Both the position numbers and the translations under genes were made by a program. A model generated the notes under the pieces. The model searched no databases and had not been told where the DNA came from. It saw only the letters and a list, made by a program, of their open reading frames with translations. From an uncultured Erysipelotrichaceae bacterium (lineage in GTDB: Bacteria; Bacillota_I; Bacilli_A; Erysipelotrichales; Erysipelotrichaceae), in contig CAYNZZ010000001.1 in assembly GCA_964401865.1 (NCBI GenBank), forward strand, positions 90,001 through 122,000: 32,000 nucleotides of DNA. Direction: 5' to 3'. Position 1 is the stretch's first letter. Every line of letters begins with the position of its first letter. Below are positions 1-8,534 of this stretch, piece by piece.

Positions 1-620
1 TAGTTGAACCGTTAATTGAAATCGGTGGATCATTAGTTGTTGGTGCAATACTTGGCTTTATTTTTACTATTTCGTTAAAGATTCATAAACTAAGAGATAA
101 TAGGCAAATTCTCATTTATGTTTATATATTTATCGCTTTATACATATCTTCGATATTTGGTTTGAGCGATTTATTGACATGCATGGCTATGGGAGCAGTA
201 TTGTGCAATATCTATAATAACTCTGATAAGATTATGGAAATTGCTGATACAGTAACTCCTCCTATCTTTATGTTATTCTTTGTGCTTTCGGGGGCGGATC
301 TGAAACTAAGTATTTTGCCTTCGATAGGACTAGTGGGTGTTATTTATATTGTTGTTAGATCAATTGGTAAAATTATTGGCGCAACAGTTGGTGCAAAAAT
401 ATCAAAAGCTGAAGATTGCGTTCAAAAATACTTAGGATTCGCTCTGCTTCCTCAAGCTGGTGTGGCCATTGGTTTAACAGTAGTAGCTAAAACGGTTGTG
501 CCTGAATATGCCGAAACCATTAGAGCTGTCGTATTGTGTGGAACATTGATTTATGAATTAATTGGTCCAAGTATTGCAAAATGGTCGCTTAAACAAGCGG
601 GCGAAATCAAAGAAGCTTAA
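1..620 (+). CDS. Cation:proton antiporter (Na+/H+ exchanger family), C-terminal portion; 5' end lies outside the window
   Basis: The reading frame starting at base 3 is open through to TAA at 618-620. The track ORF 162..620 merely begins at an internal TTG. The sequence is made of hydrophobic TM segments, and the ...GFALLPQAGVAIGL... stretch is typical of Na_H_Exchanger/CPA-type permeases. Confidence 0.7.
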   Translation, partial: VEPLIEIGGSLVVGAILGFIFTISLKIHKLRDNRQILIYVYIFIALYISSIFGLSDLLTCMAMGAVLCNIYNNSDKIMEIADTVTPPIFMLFFVLSGADLKLSILPSIGLVGVIYIVVRSIGKIIGATVGAKISKAEDCVQKYLGFALLPQAGVAIGLTVVAKTVVPEYAETIRAVVLCGTLIYELIGPSIAKWSLKQAGEIKEA

Positions 621-621
621 A

Positions 622-2334
622 TTAATCCAAAATATATTTAAAGAAATCTTCGTGATCTGGATAGAAAGAAATCATTTGGTCGTAGAAGTATTGTTTCATC
701 TCTGGCGTAATGTCAGAGATTTTTTCATATACTCGGACGTTTATGTCATCTATTTTTGTTTCATGAATTAAATTGTATGTGTTTTTAAACAGTGGTTCAT
801 TCCATATAGCGTTAGACAAGACTTCGAAAATGTGTTGGTATTCCTGATCGGAATATAAAATGGGATCGAAAGTCACGATGTATTGAATGTATTCAATATC
901 TTTAGGGAAACCATCTCTTAAATCCAAGGTAGCAAAATCAATTTGTGGCATATCTAAATCTGGTAAAATTGCATTTCTGATTAGGCTGTCATTAATGATT
1001 GAGTTTCCAGATGCAATGTAGGCAGACTGCCAATCTTCTATTAAAATTGATTTTAAATAATAAGAAAAATCAACAACATCTTGTTTGTATTCTAAGACCT
1101 GTGGTCTTTTTCTAACATTAGTAAAAATAGGCATAGTATTCGAAGGGAATGCAAACACAAAACAAGATTGTATGAATAATAGTGCTAATAGAGATAGTTT
1201 AAAAAACTTATCACTTATATTTAAAATGTTCCAAAGACCATATCCAAACAAAATAACGATAGGAAGAGTAGTAATGAAATAATGGTGATATTCAAATGAT
1301 TGAATATTCCAAAATAATATTGTTGGTATAGAAATTAGCAAAGCGATCGTTATTGCTTCTAGACTTTTTTTGTTAATAAATAATTTAATTAGCGCGTATA
1401 TTGAAATGATTAATATTAATGGTGAATAAAAGTTTATTAATGATATTAATTTTCCATCACGATCATAAAAAGCGTAAGCCTCTGCTAAATTACCATGTAT
1501 TACACGATCAAAGAATGGGTAAAAGAATATCAAAATTGCCAATAACATGATCAAACCAGAGGAAACGATCTTTAAGAAATCAATCAAAGCATTTTTACCA
1601 ATAGGTTTAAAGCAATAATAGTGTAAGTATTTAATAAATAGACATAAATAAATTGCAACAATAGGATATAAATACCATCTTCTTAAAAAGATTGCACAAA
1701 AAGCATATACATTAACGAGTAAAAAATCGCTTATTTTAATGTCGCCAAATTTTGGAATAAAAATAATCATATAAATCATTAATATGAAAAATAATCCAAT
1801 ACAATCAACTTCCCCATAGAATATAGTTAGATATAACGGATAAAAAATTATAAACGATACTAAAGGCAAATAAGGATATTTGTCAGTATAGGTAAAATAT
1901 ATTATTTGTAAAAGAATGATTGTTGGGATTAAAAAATAGTTAAAAATCATTAAGCAAAAATATCCATAACTATTATTAAAAAAAGATAATCCTAAGCCAA
2001 ATAAAGCTGGTAGGTAACTGTAATCGTGATAATTCATAGAATTATATACGACATTTAGTATTTCTTTAGGGTTTTCAAAAAACAGCTTGTTAAGTTCTAA
2101 TGATCTAACCCAATGCCCGGCATAGTCATAGGAATAAATGGTGTCTTCAAATTTAAAAAAAATATAAATGGAAATTGAGCCAATGAACGCAAAAACCAAT
2201 GTATTAATGAGAATGTGTTTAAAATGCTTTTTAATTGCGATCTTGTAATTATTTTTGTGGTATAGATACAAAAAAGATAAAAGTAAAATAAGTGGATAAA
2301 TGCCTATTAGCAATAGTCTTATAATATTGTTCAT
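622..2334 (-). CDS. Polytopic membrane protein, putative GT-C-fold extracytoplasmic glycosyltransferase (function inferred from context)
   Basis: 570-aa ORF with about a dozen hydrophobic spans followed by a roughly 150-aa soluble C-terminal domain. An early loop has the acidic/aromatic patch FEDTIYSYDYAGHW. It is divergent from LtaS-like and GtrB/CsbB-like GT2 genes, the usual partners of GT-C enzymes. I recognised no diagnostic motif. Confidence 0.4.
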   Translation of the reverse strand: MNNIIRLLLIGIYPLILLLSFLYLYHKNNYKIAIKKHFKHILINTLVFAFIGSISIYIFFKFEDTIYSYDYAGHWVRSLELNKLFFENPKEILNVVYNSMNYHDYSYLPALFGLGLSFFNNSYGYFCLMIFNYFLIPTIILLQIIYFTYTDKYPYLPLVSFIIFYPLYLTIFYGEVDCIGLFFILMIYMIIFIPKFGDIKISDFLLVNVYAFCAIFLRRWYLYPIVAIYLCLFIKYLHYYCFKPIGKNALIDFLKIVSSGLIMLLAILIFFYPFFDRVIHGNLAEAYAFYDRDGKLISLINFYSPLILIISIYALIKLFINKKSLEAITIALLISIPTILFWNIQSFEYHHYFITTLPIVILFGYGLWNILNISDKFFKLSLLALLFIQSCFVFAFPSNTMPIFTNVRKRPQVLEYKQDVVDFSYYLKSILIEDWQSAYIASGNSIINDSLIRNAILPDLDMPQIDFATLDLRDGFPKDIEYIQYIVTFDPILYSDQEYQHIFEVLSNAIWNEPLFKNTYNLIHETKIDDINVRVYEKISDITPEMKQYFYDQMISFYPDHEDFFKYILD

Positions 2335-2340
2335 GATTTA

Positions 2341-2362
2341 ATTATAATTGCTGTGGTATAAT
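2341..2362. promoter_or_regulatory. Back-to-back -10 boxes in a 36-bp divergent intergenic region
   Basis: On the plus strand, TGgTATAAT lies at 2354-2362, 8 nt before ATG 2371. On the minus strand, TATAAT (plus-strand ATTATA at 2341-2346) lies 6 nt before the ATG at 2334-2332. Neither gene has a Shine-Dalgarno. Confidence 0.45.
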
Positions 2363-2370
2363 TTTGAAAG

Positions 2371-4236
2371 ATGAAAACAAGCACAAAAAGGACAGTTATA
2401 TACTTCTTAATTGAGATATTGTTTACTTTACTGATAGGTGGGTATTTTTTTTATTTGAAACAAGCTTATTCGGTTGATACTATTTATTCTCAACCCTTAT
2501 TTAATATTGTTATTTTGGGGCTGATAATCTTAATTTGGACCATCGGGCCTATGCTAAATCGTTATGTAGTTTATGCTTATAGTTTTTTGTTTGGGATATA
2601 TTTAATATCGCAGGATATATATTTTAGAGCTTTTGGACAATTTTATCGTTTTAACACAGCTATTTCATTGTCGAGCGAAGTAATCGGGGCGAAAGATAGT
2701 GCTTTAGAATTTGTAACCATTAATGATATTGCGCCACTTATTTATTTAACGGTAGTTACTGTAATATTTATTATTTTATATTTTGTACTACAGAGAAAAT
2801 GTTTTAAGTTGATATATCGTATTCCATATAAGATTGCATTTTTATTATTAATTATTCCGATGATGAATAATTGGAATGCATATAACGGTTTGCTAGATGA
2901 AGCTCGTCATCAAGAAGATTCTTTCCAACTAAATAAAACTGATTATTACATATATGATGTCATACCTAATGTCAATCAATTTGTTGAAAAGTTTGGAATT
3001 ATCCCATTTGGTTTAAGAGATGCTATATCATTATATGAAAGTGATGTTATAGGAGCTAATGATTATCAAGAAATAAGTGATTTTCTGAAGAGCAAGAAAA
3101 AACACCAGGATAATGCGATGACTGGCATATTTGAAGGCAAAAATATTATTTTTATCCAAGCAGAATCATTTATAGATGCAGCAATTGATGAAAGATTGAC
3201 GCCCACATTATATAAGATGAAACATGAGGGCATCAATGTTGTTGATTTTGATACGCCATTGCTTGTTGGTTCGACAAGTGATACGGAGTTTATGACCAAT
3301 ACATCTATAATTCCAAGTAGCGAGGGTTATGCGATATGTTATAAATACCCATACAATACTTTTGATACTACGCTTGCTAAGATGTTTAATGATATTGGGT
3401 ATAATACAATCGCATATCATAATAATTATTCGACTTATTATAATAGAAATGTGGTTTTCCCTAATTTTGGCTATAATCAATTTGTTGATTGTACGGGTTT
3501 AGGACTCGAAGATGAACAATTTGATTCAACCGTATTAGAAATATTAAAGTGGATATATGTCGAAACAGATAAGCCGTATTTAGCGTATTGGATTACATAT
3601 TCTGGGCATCAACCGTATTCGTATAATTCAGTTGGGGTAAACCAAAGCGATGTTGATAAAATAAAAAATGTTTATCCTGATTTAAACGAAGAATATGTTG
3701 CTTATCTAGCTAAAAATATGGATTTAGATAAGTCGCTTTCTTTATTTATGCGTGAGCTTGGTAAAGTTGGCAAACTAGATGATGTAGTATTTGTTTTCTT
3801 TGGCGATCACATTGTAAAAGGTATAGATTTTGAATCGAACTATTTTTATGAACAAACCGGTCGAGAAAATAGTATGAGTAAAAGATATACCGATCTGTTT
3901 ATTTACAACAGTGCGACCGAGCCAATGGAATATAGAAAAGTGTCTACAGTTTTAGATATTCTCCCTACCATCGCTAATATGTGGAGTTTAGATATTGACT
4001 ATTCAACAGTTCTCGGTAATGATATTTTTGATGAAGACTACAGAGGTTTTTACTTTTCTGATTATGGCATAATCAAAACCAATGATTTTACATATGACTA
4101 TATCAATGATAATATCTCTATTCAAGGTAACATAAGTCAAGATGAGGCTTTGAAACAAGCGAGTGAGTTATTGAAAGTCAAAGAGATAGCTGGAAAAATC
4201 TTAAAATCTGATTATTTTAAAAAACAGGAGAAGTAA
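2371..4236 (+). CDS. LtaS-family lipoteichoic-acid synthase/primase-like enzyme (membrane-anchored sulfatase-fold phosphoglycerol transferase)
   Basis: 621 aa with N-terminal hydrophobic spans and an extracellular sulfatase-type domain. Motifs seen are FIQAESF, the catalytic-Thr-type motif VGSTSDTEF, and FFGDH near the C-terminus, which is the LtaS pattern. Confidence 0.8.
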   Translation: MKTSTKRTVIYFLIEILFTLLIGGYFFYLKQAYSVDTIYSQPLFNIVILGLIILIWTIGPMLNRYVVYAYSFLFGIYLISQDIYFRAFGQFYRFNTAISLSSEVIGAKDSALEFVTINDIAPLIYLTVVTVIFIILYFVLQRKCFKLIYRIPYKIAFLLLIIPMMNNWNAYNGLLDEARHQEDSFQLNKTDYYIYDVIPNVNQFVEKFGIIPFGLRDAISLYESDVIGANDYQEISDFLKSKKKHQDNAMTGIFEGKNIIFIQAESFIDAAIDERLTPTLYKMKHEGINVVDFDTPLLVGSTSDTEFMTNTSIIPSSEGYAICYKYPYNTFDTTLAKMFNDIGYNTIAYHNNYSTYYNRNVVFPNFGYNQFVDCTGLGLEDEQFDSTVLEILKWIYVETDKPYLAYWITYSGHQPYSYNSVGVNQSDVDKIKNVYPDLNEEYVAYLAKNMDLDKSLSLFMRELGKVGKLDDVVFVFFGDHIVKGIDFESNYFYEQTGRENSMSKRYTDLFIYNSATEPMEYRKVSTVLDILPTIANMWSLDIDYSTVLGNDIFDEDYRGFYFSDYGIIKTNDFTYDYINDNISIQGNISQDEALKQASELLKVKEIAGKILKSDYFKKQEK

Positions 4237-4254
4237 ACTAATTGAGGAAGATTT

Positions 4255-5178
4255 ATGGAATTATTAACAATTATTACACCATGTTATAACGAAGAAGAAA
4301 CAGTATCTTATTTTTATGATGAAGTTAAAAAGGCATTAGGTAGCATTGAACTTGATTATGAGATAATTTTTGTCAACGACGGTTCTAAAGATAAGACAAT
4401 AGAAAAGTGTTTAGAATTAAAGAAGAAAGATCAAAAAATTAAAATCATTAATTTCTCTCGTAATTTTGGCAAAGAAGCCGCAATGTTGGCAGGATTAAAG
4501 GAATCAAAGGGCGACTATGTTGTTATTATGGATACCGATTTACAAGATCCACCTAGTTTGCTTCCACAGATGCTAGAATATATTAAAAGTGGAGAATACG
4601 ATAGTGTAGCTACTTATCGAGTGTCTAGAAAAGGTGAACCAGTAATTAGATCATTCTTTGCGAGAATGTTTTATCGTTTGATCAATAAAATGATTGATGT
4701 TGAAATAGTAGATGGCGCGAGAGATTATCGTTTGATGACAAGAGAAATGGTAAACGCAGTCTTGGAATTAGGAGAATATCATCGTTTCTCTAAAGGAATA
4801 TTTGCATGGGTTGGCTTCAATACCAAATACTTAGAATATGAAAATGTTGAAAGAGTGGCCGGAGAAACAAAATGGTCGTTTTGGAAGTTGTTTAAGTATG
4901 CGATTGATGGTATCGTAGGTTTTACCACTATTCCGTTGAGATTGGCTACTATTGCTGGTGCATTGGTGTCGATGTTCGGATTCTGTTACATGATATATAT
5001 TGTTATTAAAGCCTTGTTGTTTGGTGATCCGGTTGCTGGATTTCCTAGTTTGATTGTAATAATTGCACTTATTGGTGGTATTCAATTATTATTCTTAGGA
5101 ATTATTGGTGAATATTTAGCCAGAACTTACATGGAAAGCAAAAAAAGACCTATATATATCGTGAAGGAAATAATCTAA
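4255..5178 (+). CDS. GT2 polyprenol-phosphate glycosyltransferase (GtrB/CsbB/ArnC-like)
   Basis: 307 aa with ITPCYNEEE, DTDLQDPP (DxD) and two C-terminal TM helices. The SD GAGGAAG lies just upstream, and the gene starts 18 nt after the LtaS-like stop. Confidence 0.85.
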   Translation: MELLTIITPCYNEEETVSYFYDEVKKALGSIELDYEIIFVNDGSKDKTIEKCLELKKKDQKIKIINFSRNFGKEAAMLAGLKESKGDYVVIMDTDLQDPPSLLPQMLEYIKSGEYDSVATYRVSRKGEPVIRSFFARMFYRLINKMIDVEIVDGARDYRLMTREMVNAVLELGEYHRFSKGIFAWVGFNTKYLEYENVERVAGETKWSFWKLFKYAIDGIVGFTTIPLRLATIAGALVSMFGFCYMIYIVIKALLFGDPVAGFPSLIVIIALIGGIQLLFLGIIGEYLARTYMESKKRPIYIVKEII

Positions 5179-5189
5179 TAACAAATAAG

Positions 5190-5248
5190 AAGATATAGCA
5201 ACGAAATGAATTTTGGATTAGTTCATTTCACGATATATCTTTTTATTT
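5190..5248 (+). terminator. Rho-independent terminator after the GT2 gene
   Basis: Long imperfect hairpin. The outer stem is AAGATATA (5190-5197) with TATATCTT (5234-5241), and the inner stem is GAAATGAA with TTCATTTC. A T-run TTTTTATTT follows. Confidence 0.6.
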
Positions 5249-5348
5249 CTTTACCCTGTGTTTGTTTTGAGTTAGTTTTTGTCTTTAAATAGACATTCAT
5301 TTATTGAAATGATAAAATCATTAAGTGATAAAAAAGAAAGGATGGTCT

Positions 5349-6020
5349 ATGATAAATAAATTATTTAAAAATAAGAAGAAAAGACATATCAATTTATTAT
5401 TAGTAATATTGCCTTTTATATTATTGATTGGTGTTTTTGGATTCGTTGCTCTTTCGTCGGCTAAATCATTGCTTGGCAATGGTTCAACTCCTTCTGGAAT
5501 ATCCAATTCTATTGAAAGTATGGATTATCATTTGAGAAATGGGGCTACTGAATTACAAAAAGAATATTTTAAAGAATTATCTGATTTATGTTCAGCTGAA
5601 ACCAAAGATAAAGAAGAAATAGCGAAATCGGTAGTAAAGAATTATATTGCTGATTTTTATACTTGGACAAATAAAGCTGGTTCATATGATGTAGGAGGAT
5701 TATATTATGTTCATTCTCCTTCGAAGAGCAATATCTATGCCTATGCAAGAAATAATTTCTATAAATATCTAACAAATTATATTGCTGAATATAAGAGTGA
5801 GAATTTATTAGAGGTTGAATCAGTTGAAGTTGAAGGTAATAAAATATCTGAGCCTTACAATTATAATGGAGTTAACTATGATGCGTATTATTATCGCGCT
5901 ACATGGAAATATGTAAATCATAGTGGTTTTGATAATAGTGACTATTTAACAAGCCAAAACTTTTTAGTTATTGAAAATCAAGATGGACGCTTTGAGATTG
6001 TTCAAGCGTATGGAGATTAA
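5349..6020 (+). CDS. Hypothetical N-terminally membrane-anchored extracytoplasmic protein
   Basis: I prefer the ATG at 5349 because the SD AAAGGA (5337-5342) lies 6 nt upstream. The track start at 5325 is a GTG without an SD. The protein has a basic N-terminus, one TM segment (LLLVILPFILLIGVFGFVALS) and a Tyr/Asn-rich soluble domain. I recognised no family. Confidence 0.6.
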   Translation: MINKLFKNKKKRHINLLLVILPFILLIGVFGFVALSSAKSLLGNGSTPSGISNSIESMDYHLRNGATELQKEYFKELSDLCSAETKDKEEIAKSVVKNYIADFYTWTNKAGSYDVGGLYYVHSPSKSNIYAYARNNFYKYLTNYIAEYKSENLLEVESVEVEGNKISEPYNYNGVNYDAYYYRATWKYVNHSGFDNSDYLTSQNFLVIENQDGRFEIVQAYGD

Positions 6021-6023
6021 TCT

Positions 6024-8447
6024 ATGACAAAGAATAGTAAAAAAGGAAAGCAAATATTTAGTATTGCTACAGCCGTGCTTACTTTAGTGGCTAATATATT
6101 AGTTATTGTAGTAATGTTCATGGCCAATAAATATTCTGGTATTGAAACAAAGGCAATTTATAGTGTTTTTGCAATGGCTGTATGTGCTTTAGTTATCTTG
6201 GATATTGTATTCTTTGTTGGATACAATTATCGTGATCAAGTATTAAAAATTGTTACTTGTGCTATTGCGTTAGTATTAACTATTGGTGGTGGTGTCGGAA
6301 CATATTACATCTCAAGAGTTGATAGAGCTATTAATAATATCGTTAATGTGCAAGAAGGTGATACTTATGAAACAATTAGAGTTGTCTTTGCGACATACGA
6401 TAATAGCGCGATTAAATCAGTAGAAGATTTAAAGGGCAAAAATGTCGGTAGTTTAAATAATAGTGGTGTTAGTGCTGCTAGTGTTGGACAAAAATATTTA
6501 ACTGATAATGGCATTAGCGCTAATTTTAAAACGTATAATATGACTAGCGATTTATACCAAGCCTTAGTTGAAGGTGAAGTTGATGCCGCTATTTTCCCTA
6601 ATACATACCGTTCACAATTAAAGAGTGACGATGAATCTTTTGATGAGTTATTAGATAAAACAGTTGATATATACTCATTTGAAGAAAATGTTGTAACAAC
6701 TAATTCTAGTACATCAAATATTGATATTTCCGTTGAACCATTTAATATCTTATTGATTGGTTACGCACCAGAACCAGGTGGTGGCGGACTTACTGATACT
6801 ATCATTGTGGCATCAGTTAATCCAAAAACCATGACCGCTTCCTTAGTGTCTATTCCACGTGATAGTTATGTTCCTATTTCTTGCTACAACAATGCTAGAA
6901 GTAAGATAAATGATGCAGGTGCCGCAAGTAAAGCTTGTTTAATGGAAACAGTAAGCAATCTATTAGAGATTGATATCAATTTCTATATGGAAGTAAATTT
7001 TGAAGGATTAGTTGAGATTGTTGATGCTTTAGGCGGTATATTAATCAACTCACCGGTTGAATTCGTTGGACAAAGTGCGTCATCTAATCGTGGTGAAATG
7101 ACTGTATGGGTTCCGGCTGGTGAATATTTAGCCAATGGTGAACAAGCCCTAGCTTTTGCAAGAGAAAGACACGCAATGCCTAATGGGGACTTTGATCGTC
7201 AAATCCATCAACAACAAGTTATATCGGAAATTGTTAGAAAATTTATGGATTTAAAAGATATCAACCAAGCTCTATCAGTTATGGATGCAGCGGGCGAAAA
7301 CTTCTCAACTAACTTGAGCATTAAACAGTTGACAAGTATTTTCAATTATATGCTTACAGCTCCAAACTATACTGGATTGCCTCAATTCAACATGATTCAA
7401 ATGAAGAGTTCGAGAGTTACCGGTTATACTAGATGGTTCTATAGCTATTCAATGAGACTTCCTCTATGGAGTTATTATCTATGGGATGGTTCAATTAGAG
7501 ATAATGTTAAATTGTTAGATGAAACGCAAGGTGAGTATAGCTCATATAGTGACCAACCGACATTATTTAATTTCTTTGTCGAATATCCATATCAAAGTGC
7601 ACCACTTTATTATGAATATTATGATGAGCCAATGGTTCCGGAAGATATGCCACCATACTATCCTCGTTTGACAAGTATGACATATGAAGAAGCGATGGCT
7701 TGGGCAAGTGCTAACGGCGTAACTTTAGAAGTCATTTCAATTAATGAGGGTGAAGCAGGATATGACGCTAATGCGATTGGCAGTATTGTCGATCAATATC
7801 CTCGATATGGAGCACTTGTTTCTGAATATGGAACAGGTACAATTACTGTTATCGGTTCACCACTAAATGAATCAGATAAAGTTCCTAACTTTGTTGGTAA
7901 ATCAATTTATGATGTATATGATTGGGCAAATGCTAATGGATATTCAGTAACTGAAATCATTGAAGCAAATACTGATTCTTCTTTAGCTGGTAAGGTAATA
8001 AGTCAAAGTATTAATGCAGGCACAAACAAAGCGCTTCACGATACTATCGAAATTAAATACTATGAAATTCCAACTATTTCAGTAGCTGACTTAGATGCTG
8101 GAATATATAGATGGACAGAAGCAGATATTAATGCTTGGTTATCTAACGTTGGCATATCATCTACTCCTAAGTTTGTATACGAAGAAACTGATAAGTATGG
8201 CGAAGGACTGTTGATTGGTTATAGTGTTAGTAAGCCGGTAACTAAGTATTCGACATTTACATTTGTTATGGCTAAAAAACCGACAGAAATAATACCGCCA
8301 GAAACAAGCGACCCAACAGATACGCCTACAAATCCGCCGACCGGAACAACTACTCCATCACCGAAGCCATCTGAGCCGACCGGAACAACTACTCCATCAC
8401 CGAAGCCATCTGAACCAGCCGATAATGGTGAATCTGAAGTTCAATAA
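6024..8447 (+). CDS. LytR-CpsA-Psr (LCP) family glycopolymer phosphotransferase with extra domains (N-terminal TM block, PBP-like segment, C-terminal PASTA-like repeats, Pro/Thr-rich tail)
   Basis: 807 aa. The LCP core reads FNILLIGYAP...GLTDTIIVASVNP...SIPRDSYV...NFEGLVEIVDALGG...GEQALAFARERH...GDFDRQIHQQQV. Upstream of it is the segment IRVVFATYDNSAIKSVEDLKGKNVGS...ALVEGEVDAAIFP, which resembles a periplasmic-binding-protein fold. Downstream are three roughly 65-aa units, for example VPNFVGKSIYDVYDWANANGYSVTEII...GKVISQSINAGT, which resemble PASTA domains. Confidence 0.85.
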   Translation: MTKNSKKGKQIFSIATAVLTLVANILVIVVMFMANKYSGIETKAIYSVFAMAVCALVILDIVFFVGYNYRDQVLKIVTCAIALVLTIGGGVGTYYISRVDRAINNIVNVQEGDTYETIRVVFATYDNSAIKSVEDLKGKNVGSLNNSGVSAASVGQKYLTDNGISANFKTYNMTSDLYQALVEGEVDAAIFPNTYRSQLKSDDESFDELLDKTVDIYSFEENVVTTNSSTSNIDISVEPFNILLIGYAPEPGGGGLTDTIIVASVNPKTMTASLVSIPRDSYVPISCYNNARSKINDAGAASKACLMETVSNLLEIDINFYMEVNFEGLVEIVDALGGILINSPVEFVGQSASSNRGEMTVWVPAGEYLANGEQALAFARERHAMPNGDFDRQIHQQQVISEIVRKFMDLKDINQALSVMDAAGENFSTNLSIKQLTSIFNYMLTAPNYTGLPQFNMIQMKSSRVTGYTRWFYSYSMRLPLWSYYLWDGSIRDNVKLLDETQGEYSSYSDQPTLFNFFVEYPYQSAPLYYEYYDEPMVPEDMPPYYPRLTSMTYEEAMAWASANGVTLEVISINEGEAGYDANAIGSIVDQYPRYGALVSEYGTGTITVIGSPLNESDKVPNFVGKSIYDVYDWANANGYSVTEIIEANTDSSLAGKVISQSINAGTNKALHDTIEIKYYEIPTISVADLDAGIYRWTEADINAWLSNVGISSTPKFVYEETDKYGEGLLIGYSVSKPVTKYSTFTFVMAKKPTEIIPPETSDPTDTPTNPPTGTTTPSPKPSEPTGTTTPSPKPSEPADNGESEVQ
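8337..8414 (+). repeat. Two tandem copies of a 39-bp unit inside the LCP gene, encoding PTGTTTPSPKPSE twice
   Basis: The copies at 8337-8375 and 8376-8414 are identical except for the last base (G versus A). They are in frame with the LCP ORF. Confidence 0.95.
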
Positions 8448-8457
8448 ATTCTTTATA

Positions 8458-8490
8458 AAGGCATGTGCTTGATTGTACATGTCTTTTTTA
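8458..8490 (+). terminator. Rho-independent terminator after the LCP gene
   Basis: Stem AAGGCATGTGC (8458-8468) pairs with GTACATGTCTT (8475-8485), including two G-U pairs. The loop is TTGATT and a T-run follows. Confidence 0.7.
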
Positions 8491-8534
8491 TGTAAAATAA
8501 TAAATAAGTTTAAAAGAGGGGTTATAGGGCTAAT

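Noticed and set aside
562-771. 69-aa plus-strand ORF spanning the antiporter stop and the 3' end of the minus-strand membrane-protein gene
   Set aside because: It overlaps two much longer, better-supported genes, has no SD, and its low-complexity sequence is typical of AT-rich shadow ORFs.
1085-1282. 65-aa plus-strand ORF inside the 622-2334 gene
   Set aside because: It is an antisense shadow ORF within a 570-aa membrane-protein gene, with no independent signals.
3066-3480. Two minus-strand ORFs (77 and 90 aa) inside the LtaS-like gene
   Set aside because: They are antisense to a gene with clear family motifs. I treat them as shadow ORFs.
4831-5085. 84-aa minus-strand ORF inside the GT2 gene
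   Set aside because: Antisense shadow ORF.
5321-5775. Minus-strand ORFs of 61 and 68 aa opposite the 5349-6020 gene
   Set aside because: They are antisense to a longer ORF that has an SD, a signal-anchor and operon context, and they have no start signals of their own.
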